From assembly GCF_006345805.1 (NCBI RefSeq), contig NC_043015.1:23250001-23314000 (forward strand): a DNA stretch of 64,000 nucleotides, in the 5' to 3' direction. The position numbers and the translations under genes were made by a program. Below are positions 26,880 to 41,533 of this stretch, one piece after another. This stretch comes from Octopus sinensis. Taxonomy: Eukaryota. Position 1 is the first letter of the stretch. Each line of letters begins with the position of its first letter. Below the pieces are notes generated by a model. It saw only the letters and a program-made list of their open reading frames with translations. It was not told the origin of the DNA and searched no databases.

Positions 26880-27957
26880 GCTAAACAGCTTCTGGGTCAC
26901 TCTACCTAAAAAGTGACACAGAAAGACTTATGAACCAAGGAAATGAGGTGGAAGACGACTTATTGAGAGCGAACACAGCATTTGGGCAGAGGAAAACAAC
27001 ATAGCATGGTATGAAACAAATTCCCCAAAACAGCTATTATTAGAAGTAGAAGGTCGGGTTGTGTAGGATGAAAGATTGCAAGGATAAAGCACTATACAAG
27101 AAATTGAAAATGAATGAAACTGAAAATAGGTAGGTAAAGAAAAGAAGGCATGGTCAATTTGATAGGGATATTGAAGATAAGACAGACAGAGAAAAAAAGA
27201 TGGCTGTGGATGACTAAAAGTGATTTAAAACCGGAAAAAGAGGCTCTAATATGTGCTGCCCAAGAGCAAGCACTAAGAACAAACTACATAAAATACAGAA
27301 TGCACAACACAGCAGAAAGTGATAAGTGCAGAATCTGTGGACAAAACGGTGAAACTGTATGGCATACTACCAACCAATGTACGCCACTAGCCCAGAAGAA
27401 ATGTAAAGAACGCCACGACAATATAGCCTGGCTTTTCCATTGGACACTTTACAACAAGTATGGACTTGATAGAGCAAAATATTGGTACGACCACAAACCT
27501 GAAGGTATTGTCGAAAATAGAAATACAAAGACCCTACGGGATTTTATGATTCGGTGCGACTATGAGATAGAGAATAGGAAGACGGACGTAGTCTTAATTG
27601 AGGAAGCAAACTATGCTGGATGATTTATATATTATACCCAGCTCACAACAAGGTATGCAATAAGGAAGAAAGAAAAGTCGATAGATATGACAGGTTAGCT
27701 TGGGAAGTTAAGTATTTGTAGTCGATGTAGTACCAATATTTGTCGGAAACCTGGGAACAGTGAGCAAAAATCTCGAGAAGTACGTGGAACAAATAGGGGC
27801 TGCAATAAGGGTGAACCATTTGTATGAAACAACACTGCTTCGAACCGCTCGAATATTTCGGAAGGTGCTCGAAGGATAAGTGGTATTACGTTAGTTCACT
27901 GGTAGTGAACAGCTGACACTGTAGAAGATCTCCAGTATTAGAAGCTGCGAAAAGGCA
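26880..27957 (+). mobile_element. Dong/R4-clade non-LTR retrotransposon, diverged family B, 5'-truncated and degenerate
   Basis: ORF 27150-27623 has KPEKEALICAAQEQAL, zinc-knuckle-like CRICGQNGETVWHTTNQC, ERHD and RKTDVVL (RLE region). Followed by a (AAT)n tail from ~27957. Confidence 0.8.
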
Positions 27958-27960
27958 ATA

Positions 27961-28021
<61 letters not shown>

Positions 28022-28262
28022 TTGTAATAATACTAATACTAATAATAATAATATTAATAATAATAACAATAACAATAACAATAACAATAATAACAACAAC
28101 AACAAAAACAATAACAATAACAATAATAACAACTACAACAACAACAACAATAACAACAATAACCACAACAATAGCATCAATAATAATAACAATAATAATA
28201 ACAATAATAATAACAATAATAATAACAATAATAATAATAATAACAATAATAATAATAATTAT

Positions 28263-28305
<43 letters not shown>

Positions 28306-28321
28306 TAATAATAATATAATG

Positions 28322-28420
<99 letters not shown>

Positions 28421-30582
28421 GAGACAATGCCTGAATGGCTCACGAAGGGGAAAACCATCTTAATTCCCAAATCAAATGAAACAGAAAAACCAGAAAACTA
28501 CAGACCAATAACCTGCCTCCCTACTATGTTCAAGGCATTTACTGCAGTGATATCACAAAGGCTGAACAAGCACCTGGACGAAAACAAACTGTTCCCAGAA
28601 GAGCAGAAAGGATGCCGCAAAGGCTCATATGGCTGTAAAGATCAACTAATAATTAATAAAGCCATAACTGAAGACAGCCACAGAAAGAAGAAAGGCCTCA
28701 GTATGGCCTGGATTGACTACAAAAAGGCGTTTGATAGCATCCCCCACACATGGATCCTCGAAACACTAGCCATTAACAAAGTAGCACCAACAATCATAAA
28801 ATTCATAGAGCACTCTATGAATAAATGGCAAACAGTCCTACACCTCCAAACAAAAGAGGGACTCATGAAAACCAAAGACATTCCCATTAGAAGAGGAATA
28901 TTCCAGGGAGACACGCTCTCTCCACTCCTTTTCTGCTTGGCACTGTCACCTCTATCTGATATGCTAAATAGAACTGGATGCGGATATAAATGTTACGGCA
29001 AAACGATCAGCCACCTTTTATATATGGATGACCTAAAACTATACGCTGCAAATGACAAACAGCTGGAAACACTATTAAAGACAGTTCATGGATATTCCAA
29101 AGAAATAGATATGAAATTTGGATTAGAAAAATGCGCCAAAGTAACCCTGAAAAGAGGAAAACTAGTTAAGAGTAACAACATCACACTAGATAAAACCAAT
29201 GAAATAAAAGAATTAGACCAAAGCCAAACTTACACATACTTAGGAATCCATGAACTAGATAAGACACAACACACACACAAATGAAAGAGAAAATAAAAAA
29301 AGAATATTATAGACGAGTTAGATCAATACTAAACACAGAGCTCAATGCTAAAAACAAGATAATAGGTATCAACACTTTAGCTGTCCCAGTTATAAGTTAC
29401 AGCTACAATATCCTTAACTGGACACTAAATGAACTGACCAAAATAGATAGGAAAACAAGAAAAATAATGACAGGATCTAGGATGTATCACCCAAAATCTG
29501 ACATAGAAAGACTATATATACAACGTATAGAAGGTGGTAGAGGCCTTATACAGCTGGAAAACTACTATAAAATAACCACCATAGGACTGCAAAAATATCT
29601 ACTTCAGAAGGAAGGAAAGCTGATCCAGATAGCGGCAAAACACGAGCAAAACAAAAAACTGTTCTCAGTATTTAAGGAAGCTGACAAATACAAACAAGAA
29701 ATCATACCACCTAATAAACACGGAGAAGAAGAAGAAGATCAAGAAACAACAAAAGCTATAAAACAAATGAAATCCAAACTAAAAATAGAACAGCAACGAA
29801 CCATGATAAAACGATGGCAAGAAAAGCCCCTTCATGGTAAATACTGGACTAAACTAAACGCAAAAGAAATAGACAAAGAAAAATCCCAGCAATGGTTGAG
29901 AAGCTCAGGACTCAAAGCAGAAACAGGGGGATTCTTAATTGCAGCACAAGACCAAAGCCTCCCCACCAGAAATTACCAAAAACATGTAATGAAAAGAAAT
30001 ATTACAAGTAACTGCAGAATATGTGGAGATGGACAAGAAACAATAAATCATATTATCTCTAGCTGCCCAGTCTTGGCTAAGAAGGAATATATTCACAGAC
30101 ATGACAGAGTTGGAACCTACATACATTGGAAGCTATGCCAACATTATGGAATAACAACAGAAAAAAGATGGTATAGGCACACACCAGAAAAGGTCACAGA
30201 AAACGAGAAAGCAACCCTACTCTGGGATATGCCGATACACACAGATAGAGAAATTAAGACCAACAGGCCAGATATAGTTGTCAGAGATCATGAAGAAAAA
30301 AAATGCTTTCTAATTGATGTATCAATACCGGCTGATGACAACGTGTCTCTAAAAGAAATGGAGAAACTCTCAAAATACAAAGACCTGGAAATAGAGGTAA
30401 CTAGAATGTGGAATCTGAAAACAGAAACAATTCCTATCATAGTAGGTGCATTGGGCATGATAAAAAAATATTCAGACAAATACATAACAAAAACACCAGG
30501 ACTTACAAACACATATAACATACAGAAAATTGCACTACTAGGCACTGCACACATCCTACGCAGAACACTTTCCATACAATAA
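28421..30582 (+). pseudogene. RT-CCHC-RLE ORF split by a single +2 frameshift
   Basis: RT motifs YRPITCLPT, WIDYKKAFDSIPH, RGIFQGDTLSPLLF and LLYMDDLKLY. Then CRICGDGQETINHIISSC, RHD, RPDIVV, IDVSIP and KLSKYKDL. There is an extra CA at ~29271 relative to the copy at ~51860. Confidence 0.92.
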
Positions 30583-30676
30583 CCATCAGAGCATCACAAC
30601 AAATCACAGCACATACCCAAGGCACACAGAGCTGCGCTCGGTAGTGAAGTGAAAGCACGCTATAAAAATAAAACTA

Positions 30677-30678
<2 letters not shown>
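28421..30678 (+). mobile_element. Dong/R4-clade RLE non-LTR retrotransposon family A, 5'-truncated, inserted in (TAA)n
   Basis: Contains RT, CCHC and restriction-like endonuclease coding regions, a ~95-bp 3' UTR and a (AAT)n tail. A long (AAT)n array lies upstream. Confidence 0.95.
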
Positions 30679-30720
<42 letters not shown>

Positions 30721-30721
<1 letters not shown>

Positions 30722-31180
30722 GATTCGATGCAGTACCAAGGCTGTGGCTCTCGTGGCTTCTGATCTTAACTGATTGGAAATGTTATCATGTATATTGTTT
30801 TGTCTTGGTATAAAAGATGGGCTACAGCAAATATTCTGCTTAATACCACAGATTTGCTTGTCAGTTGTTTGACCATAAACAGTTGAGTATGTCCCTTAGT
30901 GGCTGACGATATGTGCATCTCTGATCACGGGCAGATGTAGTGGGGGAGCATCATAGCCATGTTTTGAGAGGGATTTTGGGGGCTTTTGGATAATTCAACT
31001 CTGGAAACATTGGTATTTCCTTCAACATCCTTATACAACCCTTATTCAGGGACCTTTTGAGCGGAATGTGTTACTCGACAGAAGAAAATTCTAACTGGGC
31101 CCTCAACTGCAAGGTCATGTGCTGCTTATCTTCATATAATATCACCATGTCGCGCACATATGGTTGTAATGCATGTGTCT
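30721..31180 (+). mobile_element. ~555-bp TAA-associated non-coding unit, copy 1 (3'-truncated, diverged)
   Basis: Reverse complement of the units at 46652-53345, directly following the Dong (AAT)n tail. Confidence 0.8.
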
Positions 31181-33135
31181 AGAGTTAGAACTTCATGTTG
31201 ATGTTATGCCTAGTGTGTCATATATTTGGGTTTTTTTCATCCTTTCGACGTCGATGAAATAGATACCAGTAGAACACTGGGGCCGATCTAATCCATTGCC
31301 CTCCGCCAACAAAATTGCTCCCCTTCTTGCAAACTTTGAAACCATATTCATCGTCTTCATTATCGTCGTCGTAACAATCGTAATCACTTGATTCATCCAC
31401 ATGGTGTCACCGACATTGAAAATTAGAAAATGGGTAATTAAACAAAAAACATAGAATCGAGGACGAGTAACGTATCATGTAAAATGAAATTTCGGGAAAC
31501 TCTTGAGAAAAATTGTCGCTATAATACAGTTCCCCTATAGCAAAGCAGCAGCAAAACAGATGTCACCTGAAACTTCTGCTGAGAAGATTTCGCCTCAAGC
31601 GGTATTGTTCTCCATTCCTTCGACCCATTATCGACTCTATTTTACAAATAAGAGCAATTTCATGATCAGTTTCACATTTCCACTCAATTTTGAACTGAAA
31701 TAGTTGTTGTGTCCTTCACAGAAGAAGAAACAGTTTACTCTCGAACTAGTTCCCAAAGAATTATGTTTTTGCCGGAACTAGGCGGAAGAAGACTAGAACT
31801 ATTCCTTTACAAAAGAAAGCGGCTGCACGAAGCAATAATAATTGATAATGTTAGATCTAAAAAAACATAGGTGCGGGTGAAATGCTTACTTTATCATTCA
31901 TATGTCGATGCGTATGTGTGTGTGAGCGTATTTATATATGTGTGTATTCAGGTGTGTGTGCGTACGCGCGGGTATGTGTATGTATGCATTTCTATCCATG
32001 TGCTTGTGCGCTTGTGTGCACACACGTGTGTGCCTTCCATATTATATCTAGGATATGGAACACAAATTGCTTATTGAAGAATATCGATATAACTGCAAGG
32101 AAGGTTTCTGCGAGAAAAAGATTGAACGATTTTGAATTATTGGCTAGCATAAAAATTGATATGCAGTCAGTGTAATATCGTGCGATTGCAGACATAATGC
32201 ATTTAGGCATTGAAAACTACGGCTATGATAACAGCACAGGAATGAAATACCTGAAACTATGCAAGAAACAGATCGTGTGACGTATAGAATTTCGCTTGGA
32301 ACATTTCCAGTAAAATAATACAGATTTTGGTGAAGCAATAAATACAACTACATATGTGTTTTTTTTCCTTTTAGTGTTTGCATACAAGATATTCTGCATG
32401 AATGCAAAGACTTTCATATATCAATCTTCCCAATTCTTTAGTGAAACTAATGTAATGCATTTTCATTTTATGTACTGTGTGGCCAAATATTGGCTCAGTT
32501 GTCTTTCCACTCGTCTACATGCATGGTGGAGAAAGCGCAAGATTGAGAGAGGAAGGAGGTGCGTAAAAGAATGTTTACATGCTCAATACATCCCTCTTAT
32601 CATTATAGCTGTGTATGTGAAAGTGTATTTGTATTAAACATGGTGTCGAAACAGCTTTTGTACTGACTTATTTCTTCTTAAAATAGGTCCTTCGATATTG
32701 TGAGTTGTACAGCGTAACTAATATAAACCAGCTTGTTTGATCTTCCTCTGTTCTTGCTGTTTATCTCAATCTTATCATCGGACTCCAGAAGAAATTTTGA
32801 AAGGTCCGGCGCGAGTTGCTTTTAAGATGACCATTTCTTTTTAATTTTGCTTTCATTTCTTTCACTCTTTCCAACATTACAGCATTTCCAAACCGATTCG
32901 CTAAAAGTCAAAACGTATACTTTCCCAGCCAGAACGGTGTCAGTACGAGTATGCAGGTAATGACTAGGTTTTCATTCATAGAACGATATCTCCAGGTGAC
33001 CGTGAAAAAATTTTATTTACATTGTTGATTGGTTGATTAGTTCCTTGACCAACTTTTCTAACATTATCTATGTTTAATTCCCATGCAAATATGTTGGAAG
33101 ACCTACAGATTTATCTATCTATCTATCAATCTATC

Positions 33136-33251
<116 letters not shown>

Positions 33252-33551
33252 ATATATATATATGTATGTATGTATATATATATATATATAATATATATTA
33301 TATATATATATGTATGTAGATATATATATGTATGTATATATATATATATCAAACTAAGGTTACAGAACAAACAAATGCAAGGTCATCCACATAACATTTC
33401 ATATCACGAACATTTAATCATAGAATATACATTTATGACATCACGAAAGATGAAACATAACTCATCTGTACAAGCATATAAGAAAGTGCGAGAAAAATGT
33501 GTGAATACAGTTCATCATGGTCAATGTTAATACTTTAGCGATTAAGAAATA

Positions 33552-33603
<52 letters not shown>

Positions 33604-33621
33604 ACATACACACACATATAT

Positions 33622-33968
33622 AAGAGTGTGACCACTATATGGTCGAATCTAGCGCTAAAAATAGATCCGCTATGGTATTAGCCACTAGGAAAGTTAGCAC
33701 AACATTTAACGTAAACGAGCAAGGCATATGAAAAATAACAGAAAATATAGTTTAACTCTGGACAATTGTTTCGCTATTAATATATATGCAATTTTACTTA
33801 CACAACATCCATAGGTCATCAGCAGAATTTGTCTAGAATACAATTTATTAAACCGCTCGCCGAATTCTAACACAACGTTAAACCAACGTGTCGTTTAATC
33901 GATTATATTCGAAGTTATGAGTCAAACCCCCTCGCTAAAAGCGCGCTAAGGACTTCCGGTAATCTTTT
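33622..33968 (-). mobile_element. ~345-bp hammerhead-bearing unit between TA/CA microsatellites
   Basis: Contains the hammerhead at 33754-33829 and a terminal hairpin gacca-ctata-tggtc just before (TA)n. Confidence 0.6.
33754..33829 (-). ncRNA. Type I hammerhead ribozyme motif
   Basis: aattctg-CTGATGA-cctat...atagc-GAAAC-aatt-GTC-cagagtt. Stem I is 7 bp and stem III ACAATTGT is palindromic. There is a C-C mismatch at the base of stem II. Confidence 0.8.
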
Positions 33969-34041
33969 ATACTTACACACACACACACATATATATATAT
34001 AAATATATATATATATACATACACATACACACACTTCTATG

Positions 34042-34072
<31 letters not shown>

Positions 34073-34371
34073 TATACATACACAAACTTGGTTAGTCGAA
34101 TGTAAAGTTGAAGAATTACGGTTTAGAAAGGAGGTGTTAAACGCAGTAGCCAAACCTTGTTTCAGGATAACACATTCCTCCAAATGGCTAGAATTTCTCA
34201 ATTCTACCATTTACCTCAAGCGAAATTGAAATATAAATCTGTGATCTCATAAGGAAATTGTGCCACATGAAAAGGTTTTTTTGCACTGTACTTTGCTTCT
34301 GGTGTTATTACACAGTTCCACACCCATAACGGACCAGTGCGACTTGAAACCGAAACAATTGTTTTGTTAAA

Positions 34372-34685
34372 GGCGGTAAACAGTCAGGCTCATTAGCACG
34401 CCGGGCGAAATGCTTAGGGTATTTCGTCTGCCGATACGTTCTGAGTTCAAATTCCGCACTGGGGTCGATATAATCGATTTAATCCGTTTGTCTGTCCTCG
34501 TTTGTCCTCTCTGTGTTTAGCCACTTGTGAGTAGTAAAAAAAATAGGTATTTCGTCTATCTGTCTTTAGTTCAAATTCCGCCGTGGTTGACTTTGCTTTT
34601 CGTCCTTTCGGGGTCGATAAAGTAAGTACCTGTTGCGTACCCGGATCGATATAATCGACTGCCCCTCCGCCAAAATTCTGGAGGA
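34372..34685 (+). mobile_element. SINE family 1 (rearranged or partly duplicated copy)
   Basis: cattagcacgccgggcgaaatgcttagggtatttcgtctgcc...GTTCTGAGTTCAAATTCCGC B-box-like segment, occurring twice. Confidence 0.75.
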
Positions 34686-34884
34686 GGGGATAGAATAAAT
34701 GGACTTTGGTATACTTCGTCTTCTCCTTTAATCTTTATGATATAGATATAGATATATATCTATGTGTGTACGAGTGTAGAAATGCATATCTATCTATGTA
34801 TCTATCTATATATTTGTGTGAGTGTGAGTGTACGTATATATATAAATATATATATATATATATTATTTTGCTCTATTATTAATT

Positions 34885-35238
34885 TCAGTCATTTGACTGT
34901 AGCCATGCTGGAGCACCGCCTTTAGTCGAAGAAATCGACTCCAGGATTTATTCTTTGTAATCCTATCGCTCACTTTTATTATCGAACAGCTAATTTACGG
35001 GGACATAAACACAACACCATCGATTGTCAAGCGATGGTGGAGGGACAAACACTCACACAAAAACATATACATATTTACACGACAGGCTTCTTTCAGTTAC
35101 TGTCTACCGATTCCACTGACAAGGCTTTGATCGTTCTCAGTATATAGCAGAAGACGCTCAACCAAGGTGCCACTCAGTGGGACTGAACCCGGAACCATGT
35201 GGTTGTGAAGTAAACTTCTTCCCACGCAGTCACGCCTG
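34885..35238 (-). mobile_element. tRNA-derived SINE family 2, near full length
   Basis: Minus-strand head AGGCGTGACTGCGTGGGAAG...GGTTCCGGGTTCAGTCCCACTG (A/B-box-like). 3' part cgactaaaggcggtgctccagcatggc. Confidence 0.8.
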
Positions 35239-35247
35239 CTTATATAT

Positions 35248-35314
<67 letters not shown>

Positions 35315-35316
<2 letters not shown>

Positions 35317-35474
35317 CATTATTGGTGAATTGAAGAAATGGAGCTGAACGCAGATTGAACAGAATCGTTTTATTTCATTTTACATGTGTTCGAAACTGCT
35401 GTGAGTTTTGCTACTAAGGTATCGGTTAAACTTTTGATTAATCTACTACAAGATTATTCATCTTTCTATTTCAC

Positions 35475-35478
<4 letters not shown>
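35315..35478 (-). mobile_element. Internally deleted copy of the 23920-24156 unit
   Basis: Both ends match 23920-24156. The CTGAAGA/stem II segment is replaced by ~15 nt and GAAAC is reduced to GAAC. Confidence 0.75.
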
Positions 35479-35541
<63 letters not shown>

Positions 35542-36450
35542 CACGCACACACACACACATACACACACACAAACACACATATATATATATAATATATAAT
35601 ATATCTAATGAAATTCAGTTACACGGCATTGGTCAAGGTGCGAACATGCTAGACTTTTCTCGTCCAATATGATGGACAATGTTGTAAAGTGTTAATACAA
35701 AAAGAACGTAGTCTTTGAATGTAACGAATTTTCAGTCCCATTATACCAACATTGTGACCTGCTAAACTAATCGCTAACCTTTTGGCCATTGTATGACATA
35801 CTCTACATCACAAAACAAAAGAAAAGAAAAAATCACCAGCGAAACAAACAACGAAAATAGATAGCTGATATATAGCATTTTTTCTTTCTCCCCTAATTCG
35901 TACACGAATCTTTGATGGTGTTATCTTTTGAAGTACTGTAATTTCAAGCCAATTTATATCGTTCAGGTCTGGAGAGATTTTAATTTTGATCCTTGTACTT
36001 GCTAGTAATGGCTTCATTGTAATTCACTTATGACATTGTTTAAATGTCTAATGAAGAAACACAATATGTCGTTCTTCTCTTTTTTTAGAAGGGTTTCTCT
36101 GTTTATTTTATTTGATTGCTTTTTTGTTGTTGTATCCGTTTTACATTTATTGTTCTACTTCAATTGACTAGTTGAAATGTGTGACTGGTTCAGACATTAC
36201 AGTCAGCTCATTCTTAATCATCTTTCTTTACATGCATATGTGTCACGTTAAATCTGTTTGTCTTTCAGTCTCTCTTTCTTCTACATCAGTAATTTTCTCT
36301 TTATTTATTTTCTTTCTGAATCACTCTCTTGTGTTGTCTCCATGGTTCGCGAACTTCCATCTAGTCTCCGCTGATTTGTAATCATATGCTCTTAACCTCT
36401 AATTACTTCATTTTTTTAACGCTGCTAATATACATATACATATATGTATA

Positions 36451-36513
<63 letters not shown>

Positions 36514-36844
36514 GGTGTGTGTGTATGTGTGTATGTAGATGTATATATATGTATATATATACATGTATATATATACGTATATATGTATATATGTGCGTTT
36601 GTGTGAGTGAGTGAGTATATTTATGTGTGTTTATGTCTGTGTGTGCATATGTATGAGTATATATATACACACACATAAATACACCCACCCACTTACACAC
36701 ACGCATATATATACAAAAATGTATTCATATACATACGTAAACATATAAACATATATAATTGTATACATGTCTATCTCTTTCTCTTTCAGTCTGTCTATGT
36801 GCGTGTGTATGCATGTATATATATGTGTGTGTGTGTGTATGAAT

Positions 36845-36845
36845 G

Positions 36846-36906
<61 letters not shown>

Positions 36907-36921
36907 ATATATATATATTAT

Positions 36922-36956
<35 letters not shown>

Positions 36957-37322
36957 ATTTATATTATATATTTATATATATATATTTATAAATATATATA
37001 TATTTATATATATATATATTTATATATTTATATATATATATTTATATATTATATATATATATATATATTTTATATATATATATATATAATATTTATATAT
37101 ATATTTATATATTTATATATATATATATTTATTATATATATATATATTATATATAATATATATATTTATATATTTATATATATATATTTATATATTATAT
37201 ATATATATATTATATATTTATATATATATATGTTTATATATTTATATATATATATATTTACATATTATATATTTATATATATTATATATTTATATATTTA
37301 TATATATATATTATATATTATA

Positions 37323-37363
<41 letters not shown>

Positions 37364-37375
37364 ATATATATATAT

Positions 37376-37406
<31 letters not shown>

Positions 37407-37425
37407 ATATATAATATATATACAT
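36845..37425. repeat. ~580-bp almost pure A/T compound (TA)n microsatellite
   Basis: (TA)n interrupted by TTTA/TTA/TAA with only isolated G or C. Confidence 0.95.
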
Positions 37426-39549
37426 ACATACATAGAACAAAAGTGCATAGTTTTCTAATAAATAAACTTACAAAAATACAAAGAAACACTTTATATAAAA
37501 CAGCGGATTTATTAATTGGTTTTTCTGAATGATCTGGAAGAATTATTTTTTCTCAAATGTAATTTCAAACCAGCTAAATTATTTAAATTTCTTTTCTTCA
37601 AATTAAACATTTCAGTTAATGAACATCAATGGCTATCATGCGAACCATTATAATTGCATTTAAACTCGAAATAATTTGATTTACTACATTCCAACTATTG
37701 TCTTTGTCTTTTCTATGCACACGCACTAGCACGATAAACACACAAGCACACACATATAGAAGCATATCCATGCGCATTCACTCATATATATAAATATATA
37801 TTCAAGTATGGCTCTGTACATGTAGCTAGGTACCTACATAGTAACAGGCATCCACATACATAAAATATCAAAAATAAAATGCTTATCATTCTGTTTAAAA
37901 GGAGAATGCTTGTTTTCAATCTGAAGTATGTCAAGTGTAAAAATGGGGCTTTTCACATTTATAATAGTCAGGATTAGATATATTAATATTCGAAGGAAAA
38001 TAGGAGAATGTAATTTAAAGGCTGCACTTCATCTTTTCATTCCACATGCATAATGCATTAGAGAATACGAGTGGAATACTACATACACATTTTGCAGCTA
38101 CAGTCTAGCATAGAATAACTTCTCGGATTAATTTGAAGAAAACGTATTCCTAATTTAAATGGAATATTATATCTTTACAGCTTATCTATCTTATTATCTT
38201 ACGAAGGTACATAATTAAGAAGTTGCGTTATGAAAATAAATATATTATCAAAAAGATACATTATCAAAATAGACAATGAGAAAAGATATACAGTGCAAAC
38301 CTAAATTACAAGTGCAAAACAAAACAATTGAAATGCATTGATGTGAGCGCTGTGATAGATTTAACTTGTGCACAACAAGCAGACGAAATGTCGAAACTGT
38401 TAAACGAAACACTGTTACACACACAAACGATTGACCAACAAAGACGATATGGACAACAAAAATTATGTGAATAAAAGTTAATATTAGGAATCGCTTAAGA
38501 ATAAGAAATTTTTAAGTGGTAAATTACTGACATGACATTTTAAGATATTAAAATTATGAAAGAATTAAAATCAGATTTTGCTACTCAGCAAAGAAAATAT
38601 TCGAAAACATCTTTCCTAGATAAAGTTCGGCGATGAAGAGCCACAGCGACAAAATAAAATGAAACACCAAGTAAGGGTAGATTTAATTAAAACATAAATT
38701 TAATCGTAGACATGTTAACCGAATTCATGCATACAGCAACGTGTCTGGTAGGAATGGAAAGCGTCTAGTGCGTCTCTCTTATACCGACTAATATAGGAAT
38801 ATTATAAACTGAGAAGGCATCAGGGTCTCTAAACATACAAACAGCAGCATAGGAAATGAAATGATATATGTCTCAATCCTTATCGAGAGCTTTGTACAAA
38901 AAAGAAAAAGATATACAAACTAATCACAAATATTAACACTCCGAAAATATAATATACTGACAGAAGAAAAATCTGAAGAATTGTTAAAACTAAAAAGATT
39001 AAACCCATTAATACAAAAACCAACAAAATACCGTTACACAATATGCCAAACTAACAGAAGGGAAATACCTACACACTTGATTACAAAGTTATACGTACAT
39101 GAAGAAATTCTAAACAATAGCAAAACCCCAAAATTAAGTTATAACATTTTCTTCAAAACAGCTCTCCATATCAACCAACCCTAATACCACTCAAATCCAC
39201 TTACACGAAAGTGATTTTAATTCAACTGAGACAGCATAAAGGCAAGACTAACTCTAATGTATCAAAGACAGACGGTGGATTAGTTAGCTGAACCTTCAAA
39301 CAACAACAATATTGCTTAGGTCCGTACTCTACAAAGTTCAAACGTGTTTAGGAATGTACTCTTCAAAAGTTTAGAGTCATCCATAAGATAACGTAAAATT
39401 ATTATTATTATAATTGAACATAAAAACAATATCTCTCTCTCTCTCTCTCTCTCTCTCTAAATATATATATATATATATATATATATCATTAAAGTTATCC
39501 TCATATTATTGTAGTGTTTGTATTTTCTGCTTAGTTTGTCAAAGACACA

Positions 39550-40500
39550 GAGTCCAGTATCTAAGCCCTTTGTAACTGTGTGAGTGCACATGTTTCTCAA
39601 AAATCTAGGTAGGTGGTATGTTTTGGCTTGTCAGTCTTTTATGTCTATTGTTATTTCTAGTATTTATTGTTTTCATTTCTAAGATGGAGAATATTAGTCA
39701 GGAATGTGATTGATTAGTAAATATAGAAAATTATTTCTCTTGTGCTTTGATGGTCACAAATATATTTTGTATGTTTACATATTTCTCTCTAGATGTTTAT
39801 TGTGCTAAAACTTATTTAGTTCATATAGAGGGATTTTAATCTTCGTGTTTCATGGAAGTAAAAATTGTTCTTTGCTGTTTGCTCATAATTTTAATTTTTC
39901 AAATGCTGTTCAAGATATATGTTAATGTGGGGCTGATATAGAAGGTGTGTATTTATTCATGTATAAAAATAGAACAGAACCAAAATGCTTATATGAAAAA
40001 AGAAAAGAACAAAAAGAAGAAAGAAAAGAGAACGAAGATTAATGAAAGAAGACTTTCAGTTTCCTTGCATCCAAGTGTACGTGTTTATGTGTGTGCAAGT
40101 AGCTTTGTGCTGTTAGATCGGAAAATTGTTTGTGGGAATTTTTCGTAGAAACAGGGAACTTTTTAAATAATTTCCAGTGTGCCTATTACATATAAATCTG
40201 CAAAAGTGTAAAGCGGGAGGAGTATACTTTATTTTATGGTGTAGGTACATGGAGATAACTTGTGGAGATATTAAGAAAATGTAGACGTCAGAGAAGATTA
40301 TTAAATAAATGTGTCATAGTGGGTTTAGTATTGTTTGCCTGCATGTTTCGATTCAGTATTTTGTCCGCGAGTGTTAGAATTTGTTAGGGTTAATTTGTAC
40401 ACTGGGGGCAGGGATTGTTATTACCTTGGTTTGGTTTCACGTGTGAGTATTTATCACTTGATGCTAAAAGGAGTGTGTTTTTACTTTTATTTCACTATAT
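39550..40500 (-). pseudogene. Possible very old Penelope-like ORF relic
   Basis: A-rich minus strand with fragments that only loosely recall PLE RT and GIY-YIG motifs. Many stops and no continuous frame. Confidence 0.25.
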
Positions 40501-40862
40501 GTTAGGATAGTAACGGATTGTTTCCCAACCACCTTGTGTCTGACTAATAATGAGAAACTTACACATGTTTACAAAATTCATTTTACATGGAAAATTATAA
40601 ACATTAACGTAAACCTAAATTTAAGCAATAAAATCTTGCTCAAAACATCTCTCTATAACAAGCAAACCTTAAACACTCCATGCAAACCCAAGCACCCGAT
40701 AACGCCTTTAATCAACAGACACTATATGAAGACATCACAATCTGGCGATCTTTTAGGTGACCGAAGCTGTGAAATCATTATCAACTTCATATTTCTTTGG
40801 AAAATTTTAGATATATACATGCACACACACGTACATACGCACACACACACGCACACATGTAT

Positions 40863-40910
<48 letters not shown>

Positions 40911-41239
40911 GTATTAATGTTGCGATTATGATATCTATGTATATATATATTGAAAATAATTATGAGAATATTTAATATCAAAATAGTGTAAATAAATGGT
41001 GAATAAATTATATTTTAATTAAAATCGCAGAATTATTATCAATACCGTACTGTTACGTAAATCCAAACGACTTCCATCATTACAAATCGAACATGCTCAA
41101 ATTATTTACAGAGTTGAAAAATAAACGTAGATTAAATATATTTTGCCATCTTCACATTTATGTATAATCATATACACAAGTGTGAAATTGCACACACGTA
41201 CACACACACCCATATATGTATATATACAGGTATACACAA

Positions 41240-41308
<69 letters not shown>

Positions 41309-41427
41309 ACAATCAAGGAACGGCCATAATAGGCCATTCACCCACTAGAAATAACAGCCAAAGCTTCAACCGCAAATAAAGATTAATTCCGTAAACAGGA
41401 GAAAATTTAAAAAACATTCACCCTGTA

Positions 41428-41533
41428 ATTCTTGTACGATGCACCGTTTCATCTGCTGTTTAATGGTAAACTAACCTGATTAAATTAAATCAAGCCAATC
41501 TTCCATAGGCCCTCAGATTCTTCAGCAAGAAAT
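41428..41533 (-). ncRNA. Type I hammerhead ribozyme
   Basis: atttcttg-CTGAAGA-atctg...cagat-GAAAC-ggtgcatc-GTA-caagaat. Core is intact. Confidence 0.88.

Noticed and set aside
38625-38685. Hammerhead-like GCGATGA...GAAAC...GTA
   Set aside because: Two core changes and no convincing stems I or II.
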